The position numbers and the translations under genes were made by a program. A stretch of 63,390 nt of DNA, filler included, from Globobulimina sp. (lineage: Eukaryota): the NCBI GenBank assembly GCA_003354225.1. It is 40 parts of 40 records of this genome, joined end to end, with 100 filler letters (N's around TTAATTAATTAA, not from the genome) between each part and the next. Parts side by side here need not be neighbours in the genome. Positions count along the whole stretch, not along the records: positions 11,117 to 12,604 come from PIVH01015885.1; positions 12,705 to 14,192 come from PIVH01015886.1; positions 14,293 to 15,780 come from PIVH01015887.1; positions 15,881 to 17,368 come from PIVH01015888.1; positions 17,469 to 18,956 come from PIVH01015889.1; positions 19,057 to 20,544 come from PIVH01015890.1; positions 20,645 to 22,132 come from PIVH01015891.1; positions 22,233 to 23,720 come from PIVH01015892.1; 32 more parts are not named here. One strand, given 5' to 3'. Position 1 is the stretch's first letter. Each line of letters starts with the position of its first letter. Below, piece by piece: positions 12,036 through 25,416 of this stretch. The notes beneath the pieces were generated by a model. It saw nothing but the letters and a program-made list of their open reading frames with translations, made no database searches and was not told the DNA's origin.

Positions 12036-12296
12036 ATGGATCGTCAAGCCGAATTTCGACAATTGTTTGAAGATGCAAATCAAGAAATAGGGGAAACACC
12101 ATTGAATTTCTATTTAAGACTGAAAGTGTATTCGGTTTTTGCTTTTCCATGTAATCAATTCAATGACACATATCGCTATCATAAACGAATAGAAAAATTT
12201 GTTGGTGGTCTGCATCCAGAAATGTCTGCCACTCAAACGCTAGAAGGAATAGATCATTTGATGTCATATATACTACACGAACATGGTTACATATAA
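12036..12296 (+). mobile_element. Retrotransposon gag (capsid-like) remnant
   Basis: FEDANQEIGETPLNFYLRLK...KFVGGLHPEM resembles the Q..GE...F..RL...F..GL gag pattern. Confidence 0.5.
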
Positions 12297-12704
12297 ATTT
12301 TATGATATGCTACTTTGTTATAAACTACCATTCTTGTGATTGTATGACCAATAAAATATGACTAGAGCTCGAAAATCTAATCAAATATGTCTAATTTAGC
12401 TCAAATAATATGTAATTGCTGACCCATTTAGATGTTTAAATTTCGGAGTAGTCTGGACAAATATAAGAATGATGTTTAGCGCAAACGGTTGGGTTATGAA
12501 AGAGCTGTGGGCTCCCACAGAAGCCAATATTCTAATAATATCTCAAATGGTCAAAAATCAAGGGTTTCGGATGATAAAAAGGAAAATGATGGACGATGGA
12601 CAATNNNNNNNNNNNNNNNNNNNNNNNNNNNNNNNNNNNNNNNNNNNNTTAATTAATTAANNNNNNNNNNNNNNNNNNNNNNNNNNNNNNNNNNNNNNNN
12701 NNNN

Positions 12705-12809
12705 TCCTAAGGAAATCTTCGCTGGGTAATATATATATGATCAATATATTAGCTATATATTAGCCTATATTAGTACTAATATGCGTATCTCTTATCGGGA
12801 ACACTACTG
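12705..12809 (-). mobile_element. Family A element terminus (TA|CAGTAGTGTTCCCGATAAGAG...), copy 1
   Basis: Matches 37889-37985, including the distal GCGAAG.TT.CCTTAGGA; TA at 12810-12811; truncates the endonuclease ORF. Confidence 0.85.
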
Positions 12810-12811
12810 TA

Positions 12812-14111
12812 GCTTATCTGTTAAGACATAATCTATGATTGAGCCGCCAGTGTGAGCTTTGTCTTTGGAGAGACACGTCAGGAAATATGGTGCAAATATG
12901 GGGTTAGCAATGCGTAAATTGGTGCGTATTAAAAGTGACTTCATATGATTGTAATGCGCATTGGTGTTATGATCAGTGGTTTCAGCACCTAACATGGCAT
13001 TGAAATCGCCTATTATGAACATATTGTGGCAGTCTGGTTTGAAGCGGTTGGCATCGGCTGTCAGGGCGTTGTAGAATTTCGCACTGCGATCAGGTAGTTT
13101 GGTGTCAAATGGTCGCACATAATTGACTGAGAGATAGGTGGGTTTCAGTTGGTTCTCAAACGTTACTGAGAGCCAGATCGTGTTTAGGCCTCTTGTCTTC
13201 TGGATGTAACGTATGCTGTTCTTTAGGTGTCTTTTTTTATATATCAGTATGCCACCTATTCTCCTATTATTGTTCGCGCACATTGGAGGTTTATGGGCAA
13301 TTAAGGTGTAACCAGGGACATTCCAATTGGGTCTAGTGGAGCAACGTGTGTCTATCAAACAGATTACATCCAGTTTGTGCTGGATAATCAACTGCTGCAT
13401 GTATGGGTGGGTATGGGTTGTTTTATACTTTGCAGAACCATTTATGTTTAAGAATCCGATATTTAGTTTTTTGAGGGATATTTTGGTGGCAGTCATGGGT
13501 TCGATTTTGGGGGCATATATTTGTAAAAAGGGGAATTTCTGTATGATGTTAGGTAGGTCGGTATTGGTGAATTGCTCATTGTTTAAATGTGATTGTAGTA
13601 CTTTATGGATGAGGTACTTTTTGTATTTTCGGAGGTTGGAATGGTTTGTATGGTGCTTGGAGACAGCATATTTAAATAGCTGGTTTAGGGAGAGGATGGC
13701 GTTGTTTTTCATGTTGTTTATGTGGTTGGCGCGATTTAGTTTATGTAGGTTGGTGCAGTTGAAGCGTCGGATGGATGCCCAATGATCCATTACTTGTTTA
13801 TGCAGGATGGTGTCAGGGACATTCCATCGGATGTGGTATTTGCTATGTTTTATTGACTGCTGTATGATGGCCTCTCCTTCAATGTAATTGAAATCGGAGG
13901 CAAATTTGTGAATATCACGGATAATGGCAGGATCTTTGTGGTATGCATGTAACTGGACACAGGGGGATTGTTCAATGGAGGAGTTCGTGTGTGGTATGGT
14001 TTTAAAGCGTAAGGGGATATGCTTTGGAAAGTTGTGGATAATGTGGTACTTTATAGGATTGTATCTATGTACAGGCATTCTGATTGTTATCCAACGCAAT
14101 GACTTATGCAT
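12812..14111 (-). mobile_element. Non-LTR retrotransposon-type APE (EEP) endonuclease ORF, interrupted by the family A element
   Basis: LNIGFLNING, LDVICLIDT, GGILIY, IIGDFNA, SIIDYVL; A+C-rich coding strand like the other retroelements here. Confidence 0.8.
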
Positions 14112-14763
14112 TATTATTTTGACATATTTGAAGTAATTGCGGATCGAATGTTGGTTCTTCTCAATGTAGGTATATAAATGTTGTGTGTCTCGNNNNNNNN
14201 NNNNNNNNNNNNNNNNNNNNNNNNNNNNNNNNNNNNTTAATTAATTAANNNNNNNNNNNNNNNNNNNNNNNNNNNNNNNNNNNNNNNNNNNNTCTTACAT
14301 AAAATTATTATACTCATAAATACCCATAAAAAGCATGGGAATTCTATAACACAGCATAATATATATATCCTTGCATGTTATATAATTGTTTGATTGGTAT
14401 TTTATGAAAAATGTATATGTTTTTTTTTATATAAAATTACAGAGTATACAAACATATACAACAGAAACACAAACAAAAATACATAATAATATAAAATGTG
14501 ATGATTGGGATTTGAACCCAAATCTTATACAATTACACCACATGAGATCGCACACCAAATCTCTCTTTTATTTTTTTGTGTTTTTTGTTTTTATGGCGCA
14601 CCGTTTTTATGATGCCACCATAAAATGATATTTGCCTTCTAAATCTTCATCATTTTTCTCATTTTGTTGTTGATTTAATAATATGTACTGAGTAACATCA
14701 TCATTATTATCAATATCCTTGCCATTAACCACATTATCATTTAATCAGACTTTTTTTGCTCGT

Positions 14764-15300
14764 TTATCCCAATGCATTTGTATCTTCATTAAAAAAGAAA
14801 GTACCACAAATAGTAACCACACATAACTTAAAATGGCCCAACGCATTATATGTGATGGGAGAAGTTCTGCCAATGGTTAAAAATATGGACAAATTGACAA
14901 GAAAAGCCAACAAACACGATAATAATATAAAATGTAAAACATTTCCATTCCAAAAGTTATAATCAATCAATCCCATCACTCGTTTATTTGGATTTGACAC
15001 TTGGAAAACATCGCCATCCTTTGGCGTAAATATAGGATCAAACAGAGGCGTCACCATAAACACCATGAGAGCCGGTATTGGTGCTTGGTAATATAATAAT
15101 TGCGGTGGCGACAAATTTAAATCTTGCTGTCTCGTTTTAACCCAAACCTGATAGAATGAGGTCGATACTTTCATTAATTGATAAAAGCCCACAGAGTTGG
15201 TTTGCAATGATAAATTATTAAATATTACAAAACCACAAAATGCTAAACATATTGGTATCACTTCAGCGATGTTTACTGGGCGAACTTTGCAGCATACCAA
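14764..15300 (-). pseudogene. SLC35E3/TPT-family nucleotide-sugar transporter, internally deleted
   Basis: FCGFVIFNNLSLQTNSVGFYQLMKV jumps straight to STSFYQVW; later LLYYQAP and TSPITYNALGHFK; upstream part frameshifted. Confidence 0.7.
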
Positions 15301-15590
15301 TACTGGCGAACTTTGTATATAATGATGGTATTAAAGGTGTTATTCTAATGAGACAAGATAAGGTTTTAACGTCACGTAAAAAATACCATATATTACCACC
15401 AAAATACATATTACCATTTAAACAATGATTTTGAGATTATTGGATTGGATATTTTATATTTGTTGGATGGCGTGGTGTATTCTGCTAAATTTAATAATTT
15501 TTAATTTTATATTCCTTTTCATCCATTCCAATGTCCTCCACACGACTCCCTGATGCTATATATACTATTTTATTTTTTGTTTTTTTTTTA

Positions 15591-15780
15591 TTTTTATTGC
15601 AAAATCGCCTGTTGTTTTTGAGACTGCTTTTAAACTAAGATAGCATATGCATATGTTTCATAGATGTTCCGTATGTAAACCGCTATCGTAGTTTAAAAAT
15701 CCAATCTCGGCTAGAAGTGACTGTAAAGGTGACATGCTTTCGAATGTTTAACCTCCGAACTTAATTGGCAGTAGTCAATT
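15591..15780 (-). repeat. Dispersed repeat family D, copy 2, followed on the minus strand by an A-rich tail (15567-15595)
   Basis: Near-identical to 572-762. Confidence 0.85.
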
Positions 15781-15996
15781 NNNNNNNNNNNNNNNNNNNN
15801 NNNNNNNNNNNNNNNNNNNNNNNNTTAATTAATTAANNNNNNNNNNNNNNNNNNNNNNNNNNNNNNNNNNNNNNNNNNNNGCGTTTGGCTCATCCCGTGG
15901 GCCTTGTTGATTTGGTAGAGTTGCCATTGTTCAGTTGACGAGTGAAAACTAATCGAATTAGTGATTTTACTTTCAATTCACTTAAATGCACTAATT

Positions 15997-16727
15997 CTAT
16001 GGCAGGGATGAATATCCAATTCCAAAACTTATGTCTTGGCATAAATATGCAATGACTGAGTAAGATATTAATGTCCCGATGTTATTACTAAAATAGTTCC
16101 ATTGAAAAAATGATTCCTTGTATAAGGATAACTTGCTTTTTCCTCCTTCGTTGTCCTTGTTATTGTTATCCATTGTTTTATATTCTGATTTGATTAATAT
16201 TGCTTGTTTTGAATTTGTTTCATGAAACTCAAATTGTTCTGCGCCTAAACTAGAATTATTTGGACCAATGGCACCCGTCAAATACAAAGCGAACCAAAAT
16301 AATATTTCTTCCGTCGAGGTTATATTTTGTGCACTTTTTGAGGACACTTGAATGGATATGATGGCAACACCGATGGTACCAACTAAATATATACATAATC
16401 CGATTATAATTGTTTTAAATCTTCCTAGAAATGAATCTGCGATGACTGCTCCAAGGATTGTGATAAAAAACGTGTTCCTGTGAATAATGTTGTATTTATA
16501 GAGGCGTCAGCTTTGGATTGATTTAATTCTGTTTGTAAAAATAAATTCAAATTGCCAGAGATACCAAAATATGCTAATCCATTGCAAAATGTTGTTAAAA
16601 TAGTTGCGGTGACGGCAAACATCAATTTTCCACTCAGTGATGAGGAATGTTTCGATTCTGATTTACTAGTAACATCTGTATTGGATAATAATGTTTGTGT
16701 TTGTTGCGTGTTATCCACAGATTTCAT
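15997..16727 (-). pseudogene. POT/PTR (SLC15-like) oligopeptide transporter, frameshifted and truncated
   Basis: LAYFGISGNL, frameshifted ILGAVIADSFLGRFKTI, LGAEQF, SFFQWNYFSNNIGTL. Confidence 0.75.
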
Positions 16728-16890
16728 CCTAAACGCTTTTGAACTAATATTAGCGGGAATAGCGCGAACTTCAGGAGTATATTTTCACGAAAACGTTTCA
16801 GGTTGACATTAACTTGAAACAGGAAATACGTCTAATACCAATACAAGACACAATCCAAGATCAATAAGACTAAAAGAATGAATCCAGAAC

Positions 16891-17039
16891 AAAGAGCATC
16901 AGGTTTTCAGCGTCAGATTTTTATTGGTTCTGAGAAACGAAGGCAAACCTATATTATTTTTACCTTTATCAGTCACCAGAAACGGTTTGCTTACACCTTA
17001 CCCCAGTAAAAATCTGACGCTGAAGACCGGATGCTCTTT
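16891..17039. mobile_element. MITE-like element with 37-bp TIRs
   Basis: AAAGAGCATCAGGTTTTCAGCGTCAGATTTTTATTGG versus the reverse complement of 17003-17039: 3 mismatches. Confidence 0.75.
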
Positions 17040-17468
17040 ATTTCATGATTTTATTTCATGAAATCAACGCTAGAAAACCTAGGGTTTTATTTATCAGGAA
17101 ATAATCACAAATCATGACAAGATGTCGCAAGGATGTAACCTGAAATTGACGCTATTGTCACGTGTTTTTTGGTCATTTGAAGGCGCCATGACAACATTTT
17201 GAAAAATAATTGTATACATTAGAATACTCAAAATAGATTCTTATGATTTAAGAAAACGTTGCTGGAATCTATAGAAATGTCCGAGCATACTTGGGAACTG
17301 ATTTTCGTATTTATTAAAGATGGATTTAATATAACCAGTTCGAAGGCTGTTTTATCGGTTGTCAAATANNNNNNNNNNNNNNNNNNNNNNNNNNNNNNNN
17401 NNNNNNNNNNNNTTAATTAATTAANNNNNNNNNNNNNNNNNNNNNNNNNNNNNNNNNNNNNNNNNNNN

Positions 17469-18946
17469 TTTCTAATTAAGCCAGAAAATGCATGATCTAA
17501 ATGAATATTTTCAGATTTGCCTTGAGTCGGATTTGTAAATAAAAAAATATTTGAGTCATTGCCACAACTTAGTAATCTTTGACCATTGGGACTAAACTGT
17601 ATCGATGAAATTAATCCATTATGAAATTTCATTCCTTTATTAAAATTACATGGTTTCTCTGGGTTCTTTCTCTCGGAAATATCCCATATCCAAATCGACC
17701 TCGTTTTATCCGCTGTTGCTAGAAACTGTCCATTTGCTGAAAACGCAATTGCTACAATCTCACCATGAATATACTGTTTATTTGATAATACAAACATTTC
17801 CTTTTTCGACGCCACATCATAAAAATATACACTATTTTCACCATCTCGACCCGATCCCACTGCAAACATAGTATCATCATTGGACAACGCACAGCTTATC
17901 GGCGAAAATTTAATATCAACGCTTGCTGTGATGGCTAAATCCTCCATAAATACGATCTGTTTCTTATGTATCGGTACAATAAATAAATTTGCATTTTTAT
18001 TGCCTGTACAACATCCCCTGGCGGCACCGGCTAATTTTACAACTTTATCACCCATTACATTGCCATTACCTTTTTCATCATCATCACAAATCAATGATTT
18101 ACACACCGTGTCATTCACCGCAATGGTATAAAACGCCGAAGAGTCACAAGTAGTGCGGATATGGCGGAGCTGCACCGAATCTCTGGCGTTTTGTTGATGC
18201 GGTGAACCAATGATATCCACACACTCACCACTTTTACACTCAGTTTTAACAACTCGGCCATCAGCGTCACAGCTGTACAGTGCATTATTCTTGGCGTCAT
18301 AGTCAATGTCATTAATACTGCCTTTGTGGCCAGTGATTATTTTAATGGGTCGGTCGACACTAAAACTTGGATCCAAATAATTTATTTTGCCCGATAACGA
18401 TACCGATATAATATAATCTTCCAACCACAAACAGGACACTTGCATATGTTCTTTGCTTGGTTTATCCGCGAAGTTATACGTAAATAGCACTTCCCCTTTC
18501 TCATAGTCCCAGATCTTACACGTTTTGTCAGCCGAACTTGTGATAAATTTACTGCCGTCTTTACAAAATGATATCTCATAAATGGTACCTTTGTGATGGT
18601 TATTGTTACCTTTACCATCCGAGATTAGTTTGATTCTTTTCCCGCTTTTACCATCAAAGGCCATAATCCTTTTATCAGAGGACACGGAGACATAAACAGA
18701 GCCATCGGGACTGAATGCCACACCGTTTACATAATTGCTATGATCTTTGCAGGCAGTCTCAAATTTGAATGGTGGTCCTTTGTAACAATAAACGCCATAA
18801 TCTTCACTACCGGTTATGATACGGAATGGTCGATTTGGTTTAAATGCACAACATAAAAAACCTTTTTGTGCACCGCCCAATTCTCCTAACTTATTATTGG
18901 TATTCCATGGGAATACTTTTCCTTTTCTGTGCATGTGATGTCGCAT
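17469..18946 (-). CDS. AIP1: Actin-interacting protein 1 (AIP1/WDR1) WD40 protein, partial
   Basis: FKPNRPFRIITGSED...YKGPPFKF, VAFSPDG, SADKTCKIWD, IISVSLSGKINYLD, ITGHKGSI. Confidence 0.88.
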
Positions 18947-19036
18947 ATTCGCAATTNNNNNNNNNNNNNNNNNNNNNNNNNNNNNNNNNNNNNNNNNNNN
19001 TTAATTAATTAANNNNNNNNNNNNNNNNNNNNNNNN

Positions 19037-20384
19037 NNNNNNNNNNNNNNNNNNNNTCGATATTTGGATAGGATAAGACTGTGCTAACTGTAGGGAAATT
19101 GATCACCTTCCAGTTGTACTGGAATATGATAAATAATGGTAGTGTTTGTTGATATTATTTTAAATTTTCAAAGTACTGAATGTTTGATTGTTATATATAG
19201 CATACAAACAGTTGCAAAATGTGTTGACAACTTTCACGCGGAGCGCTGGCGGAGCACAGAGAGTGTTGTCTTTGTTGGACGATCTGAGTAAACATAATAG
19301 TAATTTGTATAAAGGGTTGGAACCGGAAAAGGGGATCTTGGATGGGAATATATCTGTGAATAATGTGCATTTTACGTATAAATCACGGCCAACGCAGTCG
19401 GTGTTGAATGGCGTTAATTTAGAAATCAAACCAGGTGAAATTGTGGCGATTGTGGGGAAGTCTGGCGGTGGGAAGACCACTTTGATTAATTTGTTAATGA
19501 GGTTCTATGATGTTAATGATGGCGATATTTTGTATAACGAAGCAATGTTACCGTTGAATGAAATGAATTTAACTAAATTAAGGTATTATTAATGTACATG
19601 TACAGTTGGCGTAAAATAGTTGTTTCAACATATGATGTAATATAATTTTTGATATTTCTGAGAGCAGCATATGTTGAAACAATTTGTGGAATTCTTTTTA
19701 AGACATAATATTGGTTTGGTTTCGCAGGATAACCAATTATTTGATACAACGATATCAGAAAATATTACGTATGGTGTTTGTGACAGAGAGTTTAGTGACA
19801 TTCCATTGAACGAAATAATATATTACGCGAAATTAGCAAATTGTCACGAATTTATTGACAAATTCGAAGAGAAATATGAGACACGAATCGGTGAACGTGG
19901 TGTTAAACTGAGTGGAGGTCAAAAGCAGCGGATCGCCATCGCGAGGATGTTGATGAAAAAACCAAAAATCTTATTTTTAGACGAAGCGACTTCGAATCTA
20001 GACACAGAAAGTGAGGCATTGGTACAATCAGCGATTGATAAAACAATTTGGTATAATGATGAGGAGGAAAAATATGATGATAATGAGGATAAACAATGGA
20101 AATTCAAAGCAAATGCAGTGATATTGGTGGCTCATCGATTGAGTACAGTGATAAATGCGGATAAAATTGCAGTTGCTGATAATGGGAAAATTGTAGAAAT
20201 TGGAAATAATAATCAATTGCTACAGATTGAAAATGGAATATATCACAAATTGGTACAAAGGCAAATTCAAAGAGAAAGAAATGAGTTAAAAGAAAAACAA
20301 CAGCTTGCAATTGCTGATAAAAGTAAAGCAGAAAAACCAAAAACCAATGTTTCCATTGATAATATTGATAGTTTGTTCGATTGA
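19037..20384 (+). CDS. ABCB-type ABC transporter, C-terminal TMD end + NBD; introns 19139-19200 and ~19583-19703
   Basis: Walker A GKSGGGKTT, Q-loop VSQD, signature LSGGQKQR, Walker B LFLDEATS, AHRLSTV; splicing restores the frame. Confidence 0.93.
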
Positions 20385-20644
20385 TTTCTTAAAGAAATCG
20401 TCGGGTTTTCAGTGAGGGAAAAAAAATTGCAACATTTTTTAATGAAACAGTTGAAACGCAGTTAACGCACGGTTTAAATAGATATATCCGACAATAAATA
20501 TTAAAAAGTATAAGGCAAACAAACCAAACACGAGTCCGTCAATTNNNNNNNNNNNNNNNNNNNNNNNNNNNNNNNNNNNNNNNNNNNNTTAATTAATTAA
20601 NNNNNNNNNNNNNNNNNNNNNNNNNNNNNNNNNNNNNNNNNNNN

Positions 20645-20716
20645 CTATAAATATATTAGTACAACTAATATATATATTAGCACTAATATGCGTACCTCTT
20701 ATCGGGAACACTACTG
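20645..20716 (-). mobile_element. Family A element terminus, copy 2
   Basis: Reverse complement reads TA|CAGTAGTGTTCCCGATAAGAGGTACGCATATTAGTGCTAATAT; TA at 20717-20718. Confidence 0.85.
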
Positions 20717-22232
20717 TATTATCATTTTTATCGTCGATTGAATCATGCAAATCATCCATTAAATATATTATTAAAGCAAAGAGAAGAAGAGGACATAAAA
20801 CCTGGTTAAGTGATATTTTGAATGAGTCAGTGAAACAAAGATTTAATGATAAAAAATGGAATATAAATGTATCAAAAGCTGATAGTAAGTGGGGGTTATG
20901 ATTATTTGACAATTAAGCAATGATTTAATACTTTATTTTTGCAGTTTTTTGTGATTGGTACGTTGTTTACACTTGGATCTTGTTTTGAATTTAGTACAGT
21001 AATATTGTGAAATGAAGGAAAAATAAAATTGGAATATCTTCAAGAATATTGAATTTTATGTCAAATCGCTTTCACCACCAATCTTAGAATATTTTTCTAC
21101 ATATTTGTATATTTTTGTTTTTTGTGTGGGAGCAAACCTGTGATTTTTAAAATCATTCTCGATTTCGCAGATTTTTGAAAAACATCAAATTGAGACCCTC
21201 CAACTAACAAAAGACTGAACAAGTTATATATATCACTTCCTTCACTCACTATTCCTTGTTGCTTTTCCTGTGCTCTGTTCTTGTTCTTGTTTATGTTCAA
21301 TTAAGTTCATGTTCTTGTTTATGTACATTTCCCTTTTCATTGTCATGTTTCTATTTCAGTTCCTTTACCACAACCACCACCAACTACTTTGTTTCATGAC
21401 GTCATGCAAGTGCAACACATTATCCAGATGTAACACCAACTTCTTATATTCACCATACAGATTCCATAATATCATAAGATTCCAGATATTTATTATCCAC
21501 AATATCATTGATACTTTTTCTTTTCTTTTCTTTTTTACCTTTCTTTCCTTTTGCTTTTGCGTTTGACTTCGCTTTATGCAGCTTCAGCGCAGGGAATTGC
21601 TTTAATAATTTACATACGGTCGTAATCTAGCTTTTCCATTGACTTTGGCGCTTATTGACTGCAACTTGTTGACCTTTAGGCTTTCTTGGCCTTAAATTGT
21701 AAGTTATCATGATCAAGAATATCGAGAATGATGTACCATGCTATACGATGCTGCATTGTTGAATTAAATTGACCAAAGCAGACAGTTTTTAGCTGTACAC
21801 ACTTTTCAAAAACGTTTTTATGTTTCTGATTGATCAGAAACAGACAGATTCAGAATTTAAAAAAAACACAAAGTTGAAATGCCACAGTTGTGAAGTTTTG
21901 GCGCTGGTCAACACACTTCAAAGATGACTAGCTCACTTCAAGAAAATCTTAATAGACGACAGTGCAAGATAAATTTTCCAGGATTCTAGCATATGAAAGA
22001 AGAGACAAATCTATGCAATAAAGGTAAAATACACATAATAATCATGGAATAAAAGAGGGTGATTTAATGAGTGAGTATCATTTGCAATGTTTAACAATTT
22101 ATTGTGATTGGACTGATTTACAGAGTTTTACCNNNNNNNNNNNNNNNNNNNNNNNNNNNNNNNNNNNNNNNNNNNNTTAATTAATTAANNNNNNNNNNNN
22201 NNNNNNNNNNNNNNNNNNNNNNNNNNNNNNNN

Positions 22233-23525
22233 ATCGGATACGTTACAATTCTGAACAATGAGCAAATCCATAAATTAGTTTCCGTCAACCACAAAGGTGT
22301 ATAACTGGCCAGGAACTGTCTGCCAATATAGTCACACACATTGAATTCAGTAATCATAATAATTGCCATCCACTCCCCATCATTGTTGATTACATCAAAC
22401 GAAGATTGGATGTTTGAGACTATCCCGGGGAACCACAAGAAAGTAATCAACGTTGATAACCAAATACTAAACACCAAAGACCAAATATTCCTATGTACAT
22501 TTAACATTTTTGCAGTTGATATTGTCAAATGTCAATCTGACACAACTATGTCAACAATAAAATGGAACAAAAACATACTTAAAAACATCAAAATATTTCC
22601 TAAAATTAAATCTGCGACGTTTAACATAGTATTTTGGTAAAACTTCATTTGTACCATAGGCTGCATTCGAGCTTCCATAGGATTTCACATTTATATTAAT
22701 CTGCTGTTGCAATGGAGTTAATATGTCGTCATCGCTGACAAATGAAGCAGTCATAGCATTGCATTTAGTTACAAATCTGGCCAAAGTATGAGGAGTGTCA
22801 CAGCGAACCAACACAGGCGAAAACATGATTTTTTTCGGAGTCTGACCATTAATTTGTTGCGCTGGCGATGTTCTTTTAAATTTTGGGACACAGTTTGAAT
22901 TTGCATCAGTATAAACATGATGTTGTACAAATGCTGAAAGTTTGGAATAATAGAATGCGACGGCACAAATTATGGAGATGGCAGCTGATGCGATAAAATA
23001 TATAATCGCTGATTCCTCAGTGCCTGACGGTGTTAATGGAAGGGACATTTTTGATAATATTCGAATGGCACAAACAATAATTCCCGATGCTGACATTCCT
23101 GCCATTAATGTTTGAAGATATTTGATTGGCAATAAACCACAAAATGCAATGACTGAACATTGTAAAATTGCGGACAATGAGCCGATTAAAGCCACAATTA
23201 CTAAAAATAGATAATATGACGAAGTTTGTGTTAAGTTGACTAGAAATGGTATACACAGCACAAGGATACCAACAATGATAAAACATGCAAATATTTTTAC
23301 TGTCCATGATAATCTGTCACCAAATGGTATCATTAATATTATAAATAACAAATTTGGGATTGCATAAATTGGTACGATAAGAAACATGATGTTTGGATAT
23401 AGATCAAATGCATAATTAAAATATGTCCCACATGTTACTAACACATTGTACGATAATAATGTTCCACATCCAAGAAAAAGACATATCAGAAATACTAAGT
23501 GGAATGGGTCTCGCGGGGTTGCCAT
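22233..23525 (-). CDS. Equilibrative nucleoside transporter (SLC29), 3' truncated, intron ~22492-22580
   Basis: LGCGTLLSYN, KYLQTLMAGMSASG, TFLWFPG, FNVCDYIGR; a GT-AG intron joins the two ORFs. Confidence 0.88.
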
Positions 23526-23858
23526 TGTTAAAATAAATCTTTTCTTTAAAAACTATCTATGTTGTTTGCAGCATTGGTGTTTTGCGCACTTGTATATGTA
23601 GCAAACGTTTATGGATGGAATTTAAAATTAAATTATCCACTCACACAAACCTATTCGAAAATATTTGGCTACGTAAATTCAACACAAGATGTTTGGATTT
23701 ACGGCCGTGATATACAAGTCNNNNNNNNNNNNNNNNNNNNNNNNNNNNNNNNNNNNNNNNNNNNTTAATTAATTAANNNNNNNNNNNNNNNNNNNNNNNN
23801 NNNNNNNNNNNNNNNNNNNNTTTATAATTATCTCAAAAAACAATCGACAAAAACATGT

Positions 23859-25133
23859 TTGTTTGGTATTGTCACAAAGGTAAGCGTTAAATTTGGTGAT
23901 TCAGTGTATTTGATAGGTGGAACAGAAGCCGGTCCTACACAAATAAAAGATGTCTACGTAGTGAACCAAATAAATGATGACATTTCGGCTGTTTTGTCGA
24001 TGGATAAAGTTCGTTCCGGTCCAGCAGCGATTGTAGCTAATGCGAGAATATATGTTTTTGGAGGTTTTGATTACAGCCCAACAGATTATGTGACTGATTC
24101 ATGGGAAGTATCAAATGTGATATTACTACCAACTGATACACCAACTAATTATCCAACTTCTGCACCAACTAATCATCCAACGAGGTATCCTACAACCAAC
24201 GTACCAACCACTCTTATTCCCACCACCAACCATCCGACCACTAATGTACCGACCACCAACTATCCGACAACTATGAATCCAACAACTAACATACCAACCA
24301 CTATGAATCCGACAACAAATATACCAACAACTATGAATCCGACAACTATGAAGCCAACAACACGTATGCCAACCACTATGAATCCAAGCACTGATGTTCC
24401 GACTACCACTAATCCAACAACTAACGTAGCAACAACTAATGAGCCGACCACTAATGGCCCAACCACTGCTATTCCAATTGCAAGTACCTCTGTTCCAACA
24501 ACAAATTCATTGACAACAACACAATCAACAATTTCAAGCACAAATGAAGCAATGGGAAATACTCAAAATAGGGATCAAGCATCTACGGATACGCAGTCTT
24601 TACTATTAATGCAAATACTTCTAATCACTGTGGTCGTATTGATTTTTTGTTTTGCCACACTTATATGCGTACTGCTGTGTTTTTGGAGAATTTTAAAGAG
24701 AAAACATAATTTGAACGCAAAACAAACAGCAAGCACAATTGCATGCACTTCAACGGGAATGGTGCAGTCGAATATATGCAATACTGGAGAAATAAATTGC
24801 AATGTAATTGATAAAACCATGGCCAACAGTATTAATTCGAACATGCGTATGCATTCTAGAGATGATTCGGATGCCATGGATGATATGTATGATAAAGTGG
24901 AGATTACTGCAATGGGGAAGGATACAATGGGGCAGAATATTAATGGCAACTTTGATAGGAACGACAGACTCTCAGCTTCGAATTCATCTTCTTTGTATGG
25001 AGTTACAGCAAATAGAACAATGGGAATGAGTACAATGACCAATATGAACAATCAATGTATTGACAGACATCAAACAAATGTACATATGACTGTTGAAGGA
25101 GTTGCTAATAAATGTAGCGGTGTGATTCCTTGA
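23859..25133 (+). CDS. Kelch-repeat + Pro/Thr (PTT) mucin-like stalk + single-TM surface protein, partial
   Basis: VYLIGG and IYVFGGF Kelch blades; ~20 PTTxN repeats (24130-24480); TM ILLITVVVLIFCFATLICVLLCFW. Confidence 0.8.
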   Translation: MFGIVTKVSVKFGDSVYLIGGTEAGPTQIKDVYVVNQINDDISAVLSMDKVRSGPAAIVANARIYVFGGFDYSPTDYVTDSWEVSNVILLPTDTPTNYPTSAPTNHPTRYPTTNVPTTLIPTTNHPTTNVPTTNYPTTMNPTTNIPTTMNPTTNIPTTMNPTTMKPTTRMPTTMNPSTDVPTTTNPTTNVATTNEPTTNGPTTAIPIASTSVPTTNSLTTTQSTISSTNEAMGNTQNRDQASTDTQSLLLMQILLITVVVLIFCFATLICVLLCFWRILKRKHNLNAKQTASTIACTSTGMVQSNICNTGEINCNVIDKTMANSINSNMRMHSRDDSDAMDDMYDKVEITAMGKDTMGQNINGNFDRNDRLSASNSSSLYGVTANRTMGMSTMTNMNNQCIDRHQTNVHMTVEGVANKCSGVIP

Positions 25134-25416
25134 TGTTTAAATAGTAGTACATATTTAGATTAAATATGAATTAATGCGAACATTGTTTCTCGGAAGGAAA
25201 ATAGGTTAATAATAAAATGTTAAAGGTAACATTTAACTTTTTGCTTTTCAGTTTGAAATTACTGTTTTTACTGTAAACTCTTTGAATTTACAGTTTTTTA
25301 CAGATTATNNNNNNNNNNNNNNNNNNNNNNNNNNNNNNNNNNNNNNNNNNNNTTAATTAATTAANNNNNNNNNNNNNNNNNNNNNNNNNNNNNNNNNNNN
25401 NNNNNNNNTAAAATAT

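Noticed and set aside
14497-14570. GGGTTCAAATCCC T-loop/B-box on the minus strand as a tRNA
   Set aside because: No convincing D-arm, anticodon arm or acceptor stem could be folded.
22492-22580. Split ORFs as evidence of stop-codon reassignment or programmed frameshifting
   Set aside because: Short GT-AG introns restore the frames here and in the ABC, ERp29 and kinase genes; long ORFs end in normal TAA/TAG/TGA.
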